Shown here: piece by piece, positions 37,326 to 48,368 of the stretch
Numbering within the stretch: position 1 is the stretch's first letter
Layout of the letters: each line of letters starts with the position of its first letter
Assembly: GCA_022813865.1 (NCBI GenBank)
Contig: JALDZX010000022.1
Span: 1-64,000 of the forward strand
Reading direction: 5' to 3'
Length of the DNA: 64,000 bases
Source: Xylographa opegraphella
Taxonomy: Eukaryota
Notes under the pieces: model-generated
The model's input: only the letters and a program-made list of their open reading frames with translations
Databases searched by the model: none
Told to the model about the DNA's origin: nothing
Program-made: the position numbers and the translations under genes

Positions 37326-40300
37326 AGTCAGGGTCAGGATAGAACGAGTGAATCTGACGATTTATGGACTTGGTAAAGACCGTAGCTGCAGTGATCAGTC
37401 AGTCAAGGATTCTGAGAAACAATCTGCAATGCATAATCCTTCCGTCCAAGTTGGAATCAAGGATAGAGAGGCAGTTATGGAACGGATGCTTGCTTACTGC
37501 TTATACGCTGCGGCTCCGAGAGAAAAGGCCGTCTATAAATGAGTGTGAAGGACGACAAGGTCCGTGAGGGGGGGAGTATTGGAAATTCGCGAGATTTTGT
37601 CCCAGAGTTATGATAAGAAATGAAGATCGAAGATGAGATAGATCGTAGCGGATATTGTAGCAGTCGTGAAAGAAACCTAAAGCACGCGACGAAGAAGTCC
37701 CAGCTCTTTGTTCAGAACTTCCGAAAATACCTCGATTGTCCGCGCCACGTTGATTCGAGTCGACCACAAAGGCAAAGCCGAGCCTATGCCGCTGGAGAAC
37801 TCAACAAAGAACTTTCAGTATAGCTCTCTGTTGGCTTCGAGCGACGTTTAATATCGAATACTTTGTCGAATGCTCCGGTGAAATCGTTTGTGCGGCCGTT
37901 AAGACGTTGACAGGTCGACTCCGTTGAGGCTTGATGCAAGGGCACGTAATGTTGCAAATTGGAAATGTATTTCCCAGTCGATCGACCTCTCGAGAGTGAC
38001 GATACAATCTCAATCCTTCTGTATTTTCACCGAAAAAAGAACGAAGATTCTAACGAATGTGTCGGGCGAAGCGCCAAAATTGAGGTCGTGCAGATCGAAG
38101 TAGAGAGAAAGAATAGAATAGCGAGTCTTGTGTATTCTGTCGTGAAGGCTTATGCGACGACAACGATAACGTTCATGTGCGATGCTCAGAATGCGCCCAC
38201 CTGCCTGCCGCTCATCATGTCGATCGTGGGGAGAGCGGACGAGGCATGATCGGTGTCGTGCAGGTTCGGCGGTGGAAGGGGTGGAGGACGGTGAGGGTTT
38301 GGAAGGGCGAAATGAAGCTGAGAGGGCTAGTGTGGTAGGCAGGAGGAGCGCCGCACCGCCAGAAAGCCGTCGAGGTACCAGCCAGCACCCACGAGGCCTA
38401 GTTTGGGCTAATCCAACACGGCGCCGCTTTTGAGCTGCTCCGGCAAGCGTGTACCTTACTAAACTGCTCTCTCTCGGCTCCCTGGGGTCCTTTTGCGGCG
38501 TTGGCTGAGGCGTCAATTCAGGTCGTGGCCAATCGAATGGCCCGTTTCGAGCATTGTGTAGAAAGCGTTGGGCTAAGCGGCACTGGGGCTAAAGCCCTGA
38601 AGACTCTAGCATGTGTGGTTGAAGGGGCAGAATTAGCGCCTCTGCGCACCCTTTTTCTCACTAACAAGTCACGCAAAAGGGCCAGGCAATAATGTTGCCA
38701 AATGATGCTATTCCTGGTTGCAACCTCACGCCCGCTGTGTAATCAACAGGATCACGGGGATACCCTACCAGTATATGTGATTCCCATTATTTGATGCCAT
38801 CTTTTCTTATACGCCGTGGGCCGTGTCCTGATTAGGTGCGCTCTTGACCTACATTTCGCAAGCCTCGTAGCATGAATGACCCCCAAGAATGTCCGAATGC
38901 TCCGACGATCCCGTCGCCGTCGCAAAACCCGACAGGGCCATGTCAGGTACAATTCCTGACGGTCATCAGGCGCATAATGGGGCCGGTGCGGGAGGTGAGA
39001 ATGATCTGTGGAGAGTGGACACAGCGCGTTGTGCCTCCACTGGCTTTCTGCTAACACCCGCCGTCTGGTCCCACGAGTAGCGAGATTAGTCCAACACCAA
39101 GTCTTCCACGGTTCCACTGGAGCACGCAGCCTTCCAACACCAAACAGCAACGACTTTGCTCTTCAACATCGTCGCCGGCCACAGCTTGCTCCAGGTGTGG
39201 GAAATACGTGACCGAGTGGCAGATAGCATATATCAGATCGTCACCTTGCTTGAAGGAGTCAGCCTTCCATGCCGTGTGCAGGGCGGGGCAGAAATGCACA
39301 GTTGAGCGAATGCGAACAACGTGGGAGACCGTCGTATCACGCAACGGGGGAGGAGTGGGTCCCCTCGCAACGGTCTCCCGCGCTGTCCAATGGGAGCGAG
39401 GCCCCAAGCTGGACTCTCGTCAGCTTCGATCGACCACTGGCTGGAACTGTTGAAAGGAGCGGGAGAGTATGTAAGCCTCTGCATGGACTTAATCTTAAAT
39501 CGGTCCAGGGCCCGCCAAATCGGTGAATCTGAGACGAGGAGGGTTTTTTCATTTCTTGGTACTTGTCGGGCGCAGTCATGCCTTCGAGGGCTGTGGCTGT
39601 CCTCGTCAAGTCGTGCTGATGCTATCAAACAAGAATAGGGAAATACCACTGTTGTCATGCAATCCTTGTTTGTTTGTTTGCTATTTGCTCTTCTAAGTTC
39701 AGAAACATGTCCTTTGACAGAAATCTTCCACATAGTACCTGAACTCTTGAAGTCGTTAACCTTGTCGCCAAGGGTGCGGATAACGCCTTCAATGAAGGAG
39801 TCGGCGAGACTCCCTCGTGGATGGACGCCAATGACTCCTGGAAATGCGCATGAATGTGCTTCGGGCTGCCGGCCTTGCACAAAGAGGAGACGGCTGCAGC
39901 TTTTCTACTCCGGAACGAGAATTGCGCCAGATTTGTCCATGCGGAAGAAGGCCAGGATGGTGGATACGTGCTGAAGCGTAGATCTCGGTACCATCCCTTC
40001 CCAATTGTTTTAGTCGCTTGGCATGCGGCCCGTAACTAGCAGGACATCTAGGATTAGGTACCTTTACCTTAAGATGGTGCCTTTTAATATTAAGGTATGG
40101 TATCGTCGCTCATTCAGCTATTCGAGCTATTAGCATATTACAGAGATTATCTCTTCGTTGGTCTGTTCCCGACCACTTGGCTTTTGATCTCGACTATGCT
40201 TAATCTACTCCGCACTGCATTCCCTAGAAGTCTCTCGTGTGAGGTTCACCACTGGCACTCCGCATCTCGTACGTCTGTCTTCAAGTAACACAGCAGCATA

Positions 40301-40810
40301 GCTGAAGCACGTTCGGAGTTTGCTTTCTCGGCACAGCAGATTTGACCTTACGTTCACAGTACTCAAATGGAAGGCCAGGCAAACACGATCATTGCTGAAC
40401 TGTTGAGAACAATGCCTATCTTGCTCCTTGAAGGAAGCCACCGGAACCAAGTCGAGAGGCGTTCATGAAACACAGGACACATTGGACACGTGGAAATTTT
40501 CGGAAGTAGATTAGAGGGAATCGTCAAGTATTCGTAGTAGATGCTTCCTGGAGGCCAGAAAGAGCAGGACGGACGGTGCTGGCGACAGTCAATTTCTGTT
40601 GAGGTATCAACAAGAAACCACCAAATCTGTTCCAATGGTCGCTAAGATATGTCCTCCAACATTCATCGACAGACTTGGAAGCGTGATAATCTTCAGTAAC
40701 CATATTCTGTGTCCAGGCTTCAGAGTCCAGGCTATCTAGGCGGGGCATCGCCGTTAATCCAGTCGTGTAGCTATGAAGCCCAATACTATAGTAGAGCCGT
40801 GGCATGCTAG

Positions 40811-41607
40811 TTATTCAACTGCTTCTCCAAAGCCTCGATCACCCCATTGTGGCTCATGCAATGGGTCTCCATCTCCAAAATCGGCAAGTGGCTCAAGAAC
40901 CTCTTCGATTTCCTCGTCCAAAGCTAGACATACAGCAGTTGCATACTCTCCATCATGGCTGATGCTTACATCTGCAAGCCGTTTGTCCTCCTCTTTGATC
41001 ATTACTTGCCGTAGGAACAATGGCTCTTCAATCCGAAATCCAAGGTTTTGAGCAAGTGTTCTTATTCTCAAAGGTACTTCGGTCAAAGCGCGCGAAGATG
41101 CTGCTTGGTTGCGCTCTGATGCCACATCTTTCAATCCTCTCTTTTCAGCGGTGAGGGTGTTCATGATGACGAGACGAGTTGGAGGACTTATAAGGACTAT
41201 AGGTTTGATGGTACCTCTGTATTCACCATCAGGTTCGACAGGAGGAACAACAATAGAAACATGAGGCCGTAACAATCGCCTTTTCGTGTGAGCTTTGATT
41301 GCAGCTTCTTTAGCTGCGAACCTACCGTGGAGAGTCTTAGCTTGTGAGATTGCACCACGAGACGGGCATAGATCCATTACCTGCCGGCCATCCATTGGGC
41401 AATCGCAGCAGAGCGACTTCCATACCGGTCCCGTTGATACTGTTCAGCCTTGGAGAGAAATATTGGCCATTCAAGCCCATTGAAAATTTTGCTTCCCCAT
41501 TTGTGCAACGAGTCACCAGTGCTAGACCGTAAGATGTTCTCGAACCGCGCAATCTCACATATGTCAGTGCCAACACGTAACTGTGACGGGAAGGGTCTCG
41601 GAGGCAT
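40811..41607 (-). CDS. PPT2: AcpS-type 4'-phosphopantetheinyl transferase (mitochondrial ACP synthase); exons 41607-41381, 41321-40811
   Basis: VGTDIC, AGR|FAAKEAAIKA, VSISHDGEYATAVC. Intron GTAATG...GCTAAG...TAG. Confidence 0.85.
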
Positions 41608-42343
41608 TTGATGTTCAGAGGCGAGAACGAGTTCAATCAGCGGGCTGAGGCCAATCGTATCAGAACAATTCGATGCATCTATCCTTAACTCAGGAGATCT
41701 TTCAACTGGCAAAACACCCCACTAGAAATGCCCATACTTTAATATCAAATCTTTAGGAAGACGTAGGTACGTAGTACCTACACCTACTTATCCCCAAGGT
41801 CCTCTAAAGTGGTTCTTCATATTATCGCCCAATGAGACCCTTGGAGGTCCTTGGCCCAGAGAGCTGTTGGCGGCCCCGCCTACGTCATTGTGCACCTGTA
41901 TCCTAGCTTACCCTACCGAGCCTACCTACCACCTAACGCAGGTAGGTACCTTATCTACCTACCTACCTTGGGTATGCGACAACCGGAACAATCAACAAGT
42001 CAGGCGCGGTACAAGGGTAGGTAGTGAGTCGTGTCCAAGGGTCGGAGCTTCCGACTTCGTGACTGTGTCCATAGGTCTGGTGAAACACATTATTATCCAG
42101 TCTATCGTCTAGCTGGTCTCGAAAGTGATTCCTTCCAGAACTTGATTTCCAGCCACCTCAGCCCCCTCGTGATCCTTTTCCTAACGTTCAGAACTCCGCT
42201 TCAGCTTCTCGCATTTTGTTTCATTCCTCTCTCATCTTCTTCTACTTGATCGCAGGCTTTGATTCTGCCATTCTACCGATCGCTTGAGGAATTCCACCGC
42301 CTCAGAATTATTGGATGAACCATCGAGCTTGATCGCAGCTACA

Positions 42344-43376
42344 ATGGAAGCTTGTGAGTTCTTTAGGTGCTACATACCGTCACGTTTTCATACCGCTAAC
42401 GACTGTTGCGGTATAGATAATCCGTTCGCAAAACGGGAGTCGCACTCTCAACGCTCTCTGCTTGCTTACAAACTTCTTACCGTTGCATCGTGGTTCCTCG
42501 TCCACGTAGTGGACATTCACTTTGGCTTCAATGCGCCGGTCGGGGATACATCCGGGAGGTCCATATGGGGACAGAATAAAGCTCATCCCACGCCGTTCTC
42601 ACTAAATCCACAGATTGTTGATATTTACTGGTAAGAAGCTCAGACTGGCTAAGACGTAACAAGTACACTAAGCAGAATTTAGGATTGTTATCCTAATACT
42701 TCAGATCTACTACCTCTTCATCCTGTGGTCCAGTAATGCCGACGATGTGACTCCAGTTGCAAATATCGGGTCACACTTTATCATCAACAATCTTCTACAA
42801 TTCGCATTTGTCATGATCTGGGTACATTACTTTCCGGGACACTTCTGGATTGCAGAGATCATGCTTCTCCTCAACTTCTTCAATCTATCTTCCCTCTACT
42901 TTCGTCATTCGAGAATGCCTCGTGTGATACATATTGCTGTCGTGAGCGGTCCGCTAGCGTGGAACTTTGTGGCCATCTTTTGGTGCGGTGCAGCTATGGT
43001 GAATGCGCAGAACTTGGCTGCAAGGATTTTGGCCAACATCGCGATTTGGGGCATACTCGGGTACGGACTGTTTATGCTGGCTGCGTTCAAGGACTATACC
43101 ATGGGATTCGAGCTGAGTATACTTGCCGCATGTAAGTAGCTCCTGCTCGCCTCTGGAAATTTATTGACGATTTTTGTAGCTCTCGGGGCTCATCAGTTCT
43201 TCATCAAGACTTTTGCCTTTCAGTGGATCTTCGCATTCACCATTATGTCGGTCCTCTTTCTTGCCACCCTTGCTATTGCAATTCCCGGCTTTTTTGGCAA
43301 AGAATTGAGCTTCCGGAGAGAGGGGGATATCGTAGATGCGGATCGCGAAAGACAGCCGCTCTTGAATGATGCTTGA
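42344..43376 (+). CDS. Fungal membrane protein (DUF1774-like); exons 42344-42353, 42417-42630, 42683-43131, 43180-43376
   Basis: NPFAKRESH, VGSHF-like IGSHFIINNLLQFAFVM, VVSGPLAW, QWIFAF, ERQPLL. Three GT-AG introns keep the frame. Confidence 0.8.
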
Positions 43377-43823
43377 AATAGTTGCCAAGGATGGCAAAGC
43401 GAGCGTATGGAAAGGTAGATGAGCATAGGTCAATAAAAATTGCAATGAGAGACGTATGAGGTAGAGGACGATATTGTCCATAGGGGGACGGACCTATTCT
43501 AGGAAGCATTGCAAGGAGTTTTCTCTACTTCTAGTAGCCGTAGAAGTTCCAGGAGTGATGTACTCCTATTGAGGGGTCGAGAAGACCTTGCAGAATATCA
43601 GTATCACCATTAGTACATTAGATAATGAGCAGCAGTGTTTGAAAGCACAACAACGGTTGTATTGTTCCATGTCTAGGCTGAGCCGTGCTCCTGCCCCAAC
43701 ACTTATGTTAGCCAATGTCTTCCACAATGTCCATTTCTGGTAAGTTGAAAATCGTCTTCCCCGCTCAGTTGTTTGATGCATACAGAAATATATATCTATA
43801 AGATTTTGCTCGAACAAAACCAC

Positions 43824-43973
43824 GGGGAATTAGCGCAATGGTAGCGCGTGGCTCTCCTAGTACTCGGACGAAAGTCGTAGTCAAGCCAAGGTTGAGGGTG
43901 TAGGTCTTTCCTCAACTTTGATTTTACATTCCCCAGTATACTGATTTCCTACAGTCGAGTCCCTTGTTCCTCG
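43824..43973 (+). tRNA. tRNA-Arg(CCT) with a canonical intron (43860-43882) and a spliceosomal-type intron (43900-43954)
   Basis: Acceptor stem GGGGAAT/GTTCCTC, D-arm GCGC-AATGGTA-GCGC, anticodon stem TGGCT/AGCCA with CCT at 43856-43858, T-arm GAGGG-T|TCGAGT-CCCTT, discriminator G. Mature length 72 nt. T5 run at 43987. Confidence 0.9.
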
Positions 43974-44317
43974 ATATGTTGTCTTGTTTTTGCAGTTTTT
44001 GGGACTATTTGGCCTGCGTTGTGGGCGGAACACGGACCGCCAAAAACCTCGCTCGCTTGGATCGTCAGTTGATTGATGTCTGTCTCGTCAGTTTCTTTTA
44101 GCTCTCTTCGAGTTGCACTTTCGGATCAGATTATCGTTCCAGCATGCTGCGTGTGCTTAAGAATTTCACTTTGTAATGGTCACACAGTTGATCACGGGCA
44201 TACACATTCATGGTATACGTTGAAGCTACTGGAAGACTATTGAACAATAAATTGGCGCTAGCTTTTGTCCCAGGCATATTCTTATCTCCTCAATAAACTT
44301 GAGCATACCCCCGAACG

Positions 44318-45368
44318 ATGCCTTTCTCCCACCACAGTCATTCGGGTCAATTCTGCCTTCATGCGAAAGACGACCTGGAAGCCATTGTCCAAACGGCCAT
44401 CAGTAAAGGGATGGGGACTCTGGTCCTGACCGAGCACATGCCTCGGGACCAGGAGACGGACCTGTACCCAGAAGAGGTTGGTTCCTCGCCCACCATGAGC
44501 TCCGCACGCTGAGTGGGGTTTAGATCGAAGCTGGCAGCACGACGGACAGCCTGTTCAAGACATTCGACGACTACTACATCGAAGCAAAACGACTGCAGTC
44601 GTCATACTCGCTACAGATAGACATCCTGGTTGGCGTGGAAACAGACTGGATACGCCCATCTTCTGAGCAGCTTATAGGAAACCTCATAGAAAAATACAGC
44701 TTCGACACCCTGATCGGCTCCGTGCACCATGTCCATGGTATTCCCACGGACTTTGACCGGGAAACATACGAACGGGCTCGGGCGGTATCTGGAGGCACGG
44801 ATGAGATGCTCTACGCGGATTACTACGATGCGCAGCTGAAGATGCTGGAGGCAGTGAAGCCACCGATTGTGGGCCATTTCGATGTCATCAGACTTCTGAG
44901 CGATGACCCGAATGCGAGCATGAAGAAGCACGACGTGGTGTGGAATAGAATCTTCAGGAATCTATCCTTCATATCAAGCTACGGTGGTATGCTCGAAATC
45001 AACACGGCGGCACTCCGGAAAGGGATGGATGAGCCGTACCCGCAAGGCGAGGTCTGCCAGGTTCGTTGCCGATACGCTGTCGGGTGATTTGGATGGCTAA
45101 TGAAGCCCAGGAGTTTTTGAAGATGAACGGAGCGTTCGTCCTGTCGGATGACAGTCACGGCGTTGGTCAAGTGGGATTCGGCTTCACGAGGGCGGTGGAG
45201 TTCATGGAAGGTATAGGTGTCCGGACGTTGATCGTCCTGCAGCGGGGACTGATGACACGAGACGCTCGCTTCCGAGGAGTGTTCGGACGGCCGGTGCGTG
45301 TCCCAGACCTTCAGAAGAAGCATACGTTCTTCCAGGCTCCAGGCACTGCAGCAAACAGCCGGCCATGA
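44318..45368 (+). CDS. HIS2: Histidinol-phosphatase (PHP family); exons 44318-44476, 44524-45060, 45111-45368
   Basis: MPFSHHSHSGQFC, LTEHMPR, GSVHHV, VGHFDVIRL, EINTAALRKG, LSDDSHG. Confidence 0.94.
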
Positions 45369-47474
45369 GAGCCACATACCAGGATCATTATCAGTGGCCA
45401 GAACTTCCTTGCGATTGATGTGACGAGACTAAGACCAGCTATCCAGCGACGCGTTTCGGCAGATCCATTGTCGGAGCATTGTACCCAATCAACACGGTCT
45501 CGCGGTCGGTCTGGCTCAGTTGGCATGTGAGGTAAGTTGCTTGCAGCTTGGTAAGGTAGCGTATACCTCTTTCCAGCAGTCCCACAAGAGAAGGCCTAGA
45601 ACTCTGCGCGACGTCTGGGCAAAGAGGGGCAGAGAATAGAGGGGCCGAGTCCGAGAATAGCACCCCGCTTTTGCGACTCAGGTACCTGGAGAACGGGCCT
45701 TCGGAGGGACCGCCGCTAGCTTTCAGCAAAGTTGAATGAAAACCGAGACTGCGTCGATAACGACATCGGAGAAGGCGGCGGAGGTATCTTTGCTCGTCCT
45801 TTCGACGCTTCCTCTTTACGTGATCTGGTCATGAATCCTTACTGGACTAGCACCACGGGTTACAGCTGCCAGCACACAAAGACATGGCCATCGGTATCTA
45901 AGGTACTGGGATGAATTGATTGCGCACCATTCTTGCAGAGCTATCTACCACGATGACGAACTGCTCCCGTTGGATAGGGGATGAGCGTGGCCTTGGATGA
46001 TTGTCCGTAGCAGTTCCTCTCTCCGGATGTACCAGGGACCCAGTACGGCTGTCGTGTCACGGCCGGCGACGGGAGGATGCCGCATACTCAACCGCATACG
46101 CATTGCCGCTTCGGATGGAGGCGCATATGCATCTCCTACCTGAGCTACGGAAGGGGCAGTCGGGAGCAGAGCCTGATGGTCTCTACACCGAAGCCGGGTC
46201 AAGAGAGGCAGCCCCGTTGACGTTGATGACGGTCGGTCCCTCGAGATGCTCGCAGTGATCGGGGGCTCTGCGCATGCATCGTGACTGCTCTGGGGGCGTC
46301 GGTTCACAGCAGATCGAAGAACGGGCTGAAGATTGCTGTTGAGATTTCGTGTGGCGGCTGCAGGGACCAAAGTATCGACCTTCTACGATGGGCAAACCGA
46401 ACCTGGATCCTGTAATCCGGTAAGGTATCCTGTACGGAGGACTCCGTGGACCGTATCCTGTATCCTGTATTATTCAATCTAATGTACCACGTACAGTAGA
46501 TACATTAGGTACCTTCTGCTTCATCCTTCGCCCCTCTCCCGTCCGCCTTCCCGCCGCAGGTCAGTTCCTCCGACGCGGGCCCTGCCACCCGACTGATACA
46601 GCACCCCGGGAATGGATTATTCCATTTCGTAATATGAATGCCCTTGACCACGCCTCCACGCCAAGCGACGAAAGCTCTGCCTACTCGCTTCTGCTGATGT
46701 GCGTCTCGCTTGTGGTGGATCGAGCAGTGGAGCCAAGTGGGATGTGGCCCGCCCGAATCACCACTGGGTGCGTTTGCGGACTTCCATCATCCGTCCTCCG
46801 CAATCATCCTCCCCCCCCAAAAAAGAACACTACCCTCACACCAGCGAAGCAGTCTGAGCAACCAACATCCTAGACGGCATCCACTTCCTCTGCCCGCGTC
46901 CAGCGACCCCCCTCCTTCGTCCCACACGCCTCCCAAGGTCCCCAAAACCCACTGACTGTGGTCGTTGCATTGGCCACCTTCGCAGCCGGCTCACGGGAGT
47001 TGGCAGCCATCGCTGACAGGACCCCGTCGAGGACAGGCCTCAGACAGGCCTCAGTCAAGCTGAACGGCCGGCCTCTGCTCTGACACCACAATGGCGCACT
47101 CGTGCTCCACCGGGGGGAATAGGTCCCCATATTACCAATGTGACCTAGCTACCCACCATCACAAACATAAAGGTACATTCCTCCGAAGCTTGCCCCTCCT
47201 TCTCCACCCCTTGCTCGGAGCTGCAGTGAATTGACTTTGGCCTCCCCATTCACTTCGGCCGACTAACTGAAAAGACCTTAAAGATTCCCGGTCCTGCCGT
47301 ACATTGGCTTCGAAGTTTATTCGGCGACGAAGTCTCTTCCATAGCTGACATACCGACAACGTCGTCCTGCCTCGTACCAGGACCACCTTCACTTGAATCC
47401 ATACTCTCTGAGCTTGTTACCTTCGAGCTTCCTCTCCCGTTACTCAACGGGTATCACCTCGACACTTTTCCACA

Positions 47475-48368
47475 ATGGGTGTCACTCGGAAGGTTGTGAA
47501 ACCGGGCAATGGTGTGGACAGGCCGAAACCGGGAGACGAAGTCACTATCGAATATACGGGCAATCTCTACGACGAGTCAAAAGGCGCGAGTAACGACTAT
47601 CGGGGCAAACAGTGAGTCGTTCCCCCAGCACCGTTAATACGGATACTGGAGCAAACGAACAGGTTCGACTCTTCCGTCGGCCGCGGAGACTTCAAGACGG
47701 CTATTGGCGTTGGAAAGGTGATCAAAGGTAGCGATCTCCTCACCGGGTCCCGGGACATTGAAGCTGGTCTGACATGTGCAACACCAGGATGGGACGAGGG
47801 CGTTACGGATATGACTCTGGGTGAGAAGAGCGTCTTGACAATCTCAGGGTGAGTGCTCTCCGCCCACTGCTATTCCCGAATATTCTGCCACATGCTTGTT
47901 ATCTTTTGAAGTCGATTTGCTGATTGTTCTTATGTACTAGCGATTATGCATATGGCGACCGGTAAGCCACCCCCACGCCAGTTGCTGTTGGTTCTCCCAC
48001 GCAGCTCGTTCCCTCTTCCATATCACCTGCCGGAGTTAGGCGTCAAAGCACAAACCACTAACAGGGGTCAACCCGTTCCATAGTGGCTTCCCGGGTCTCA
48101 TTCCGCCGAACTCGACCCTAGTCTTGTAAGTGCTACCACGTCCTCACCGATCTTTCTACCAGGCCACAAGAGACCGAGGCTGTCTTCGGCGAAAATTCTT
48201 TACAGTTATGTTGTTGTGGCCTTGTCCTGCTAGCCAGCACGTGTGTGTCTCTGTCTTGTTTATTATCGTACAATTCTATTGCATTGAGCTATTTATGACC
48301 GAGGCTTGACTGACATTCATTCTCTTAGCGTGGTTGAGTTGAAAGGAATCGGCAAGAAGATGGCTTAG
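47475..48368 (+). CDS. FPR1: FKBP12 peptidyl-prolyl isomerase, 121 aa; exons 47475-47611, 47663-47727, 47788-47848, 47941-47961, 48084-48125, 48329-48368
   Basis: Spliced product MGVTRKVVKPGNG...YTGNL...QFDSSVGRGDF...GKVIKGWDEGV...[28 protein letters not shown]. Five GT-AG introns. Not in the ORF track because the exons are short. Confidence 0.93.

Noticed and set aside
37350..40800. Many short overlapping ORFs upstream of MSB2
   Set aside because: No domains or consistent splice structure; probably a long regulatory region.
41760..42025. Clusters of TAGGTA/TACCTA motifs
   Set aside because: Low-complexity intergenic motif in a divergent promoter; no element boundaries.
43860..43880. GT...TAG inside the anticodon-loop intron of tRNA-Arg
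   Set aside because: Only 21 nt, no branch point, and removing it leaves a 9-nt loop. The canonical 43860-43882 tRNA intron fits.
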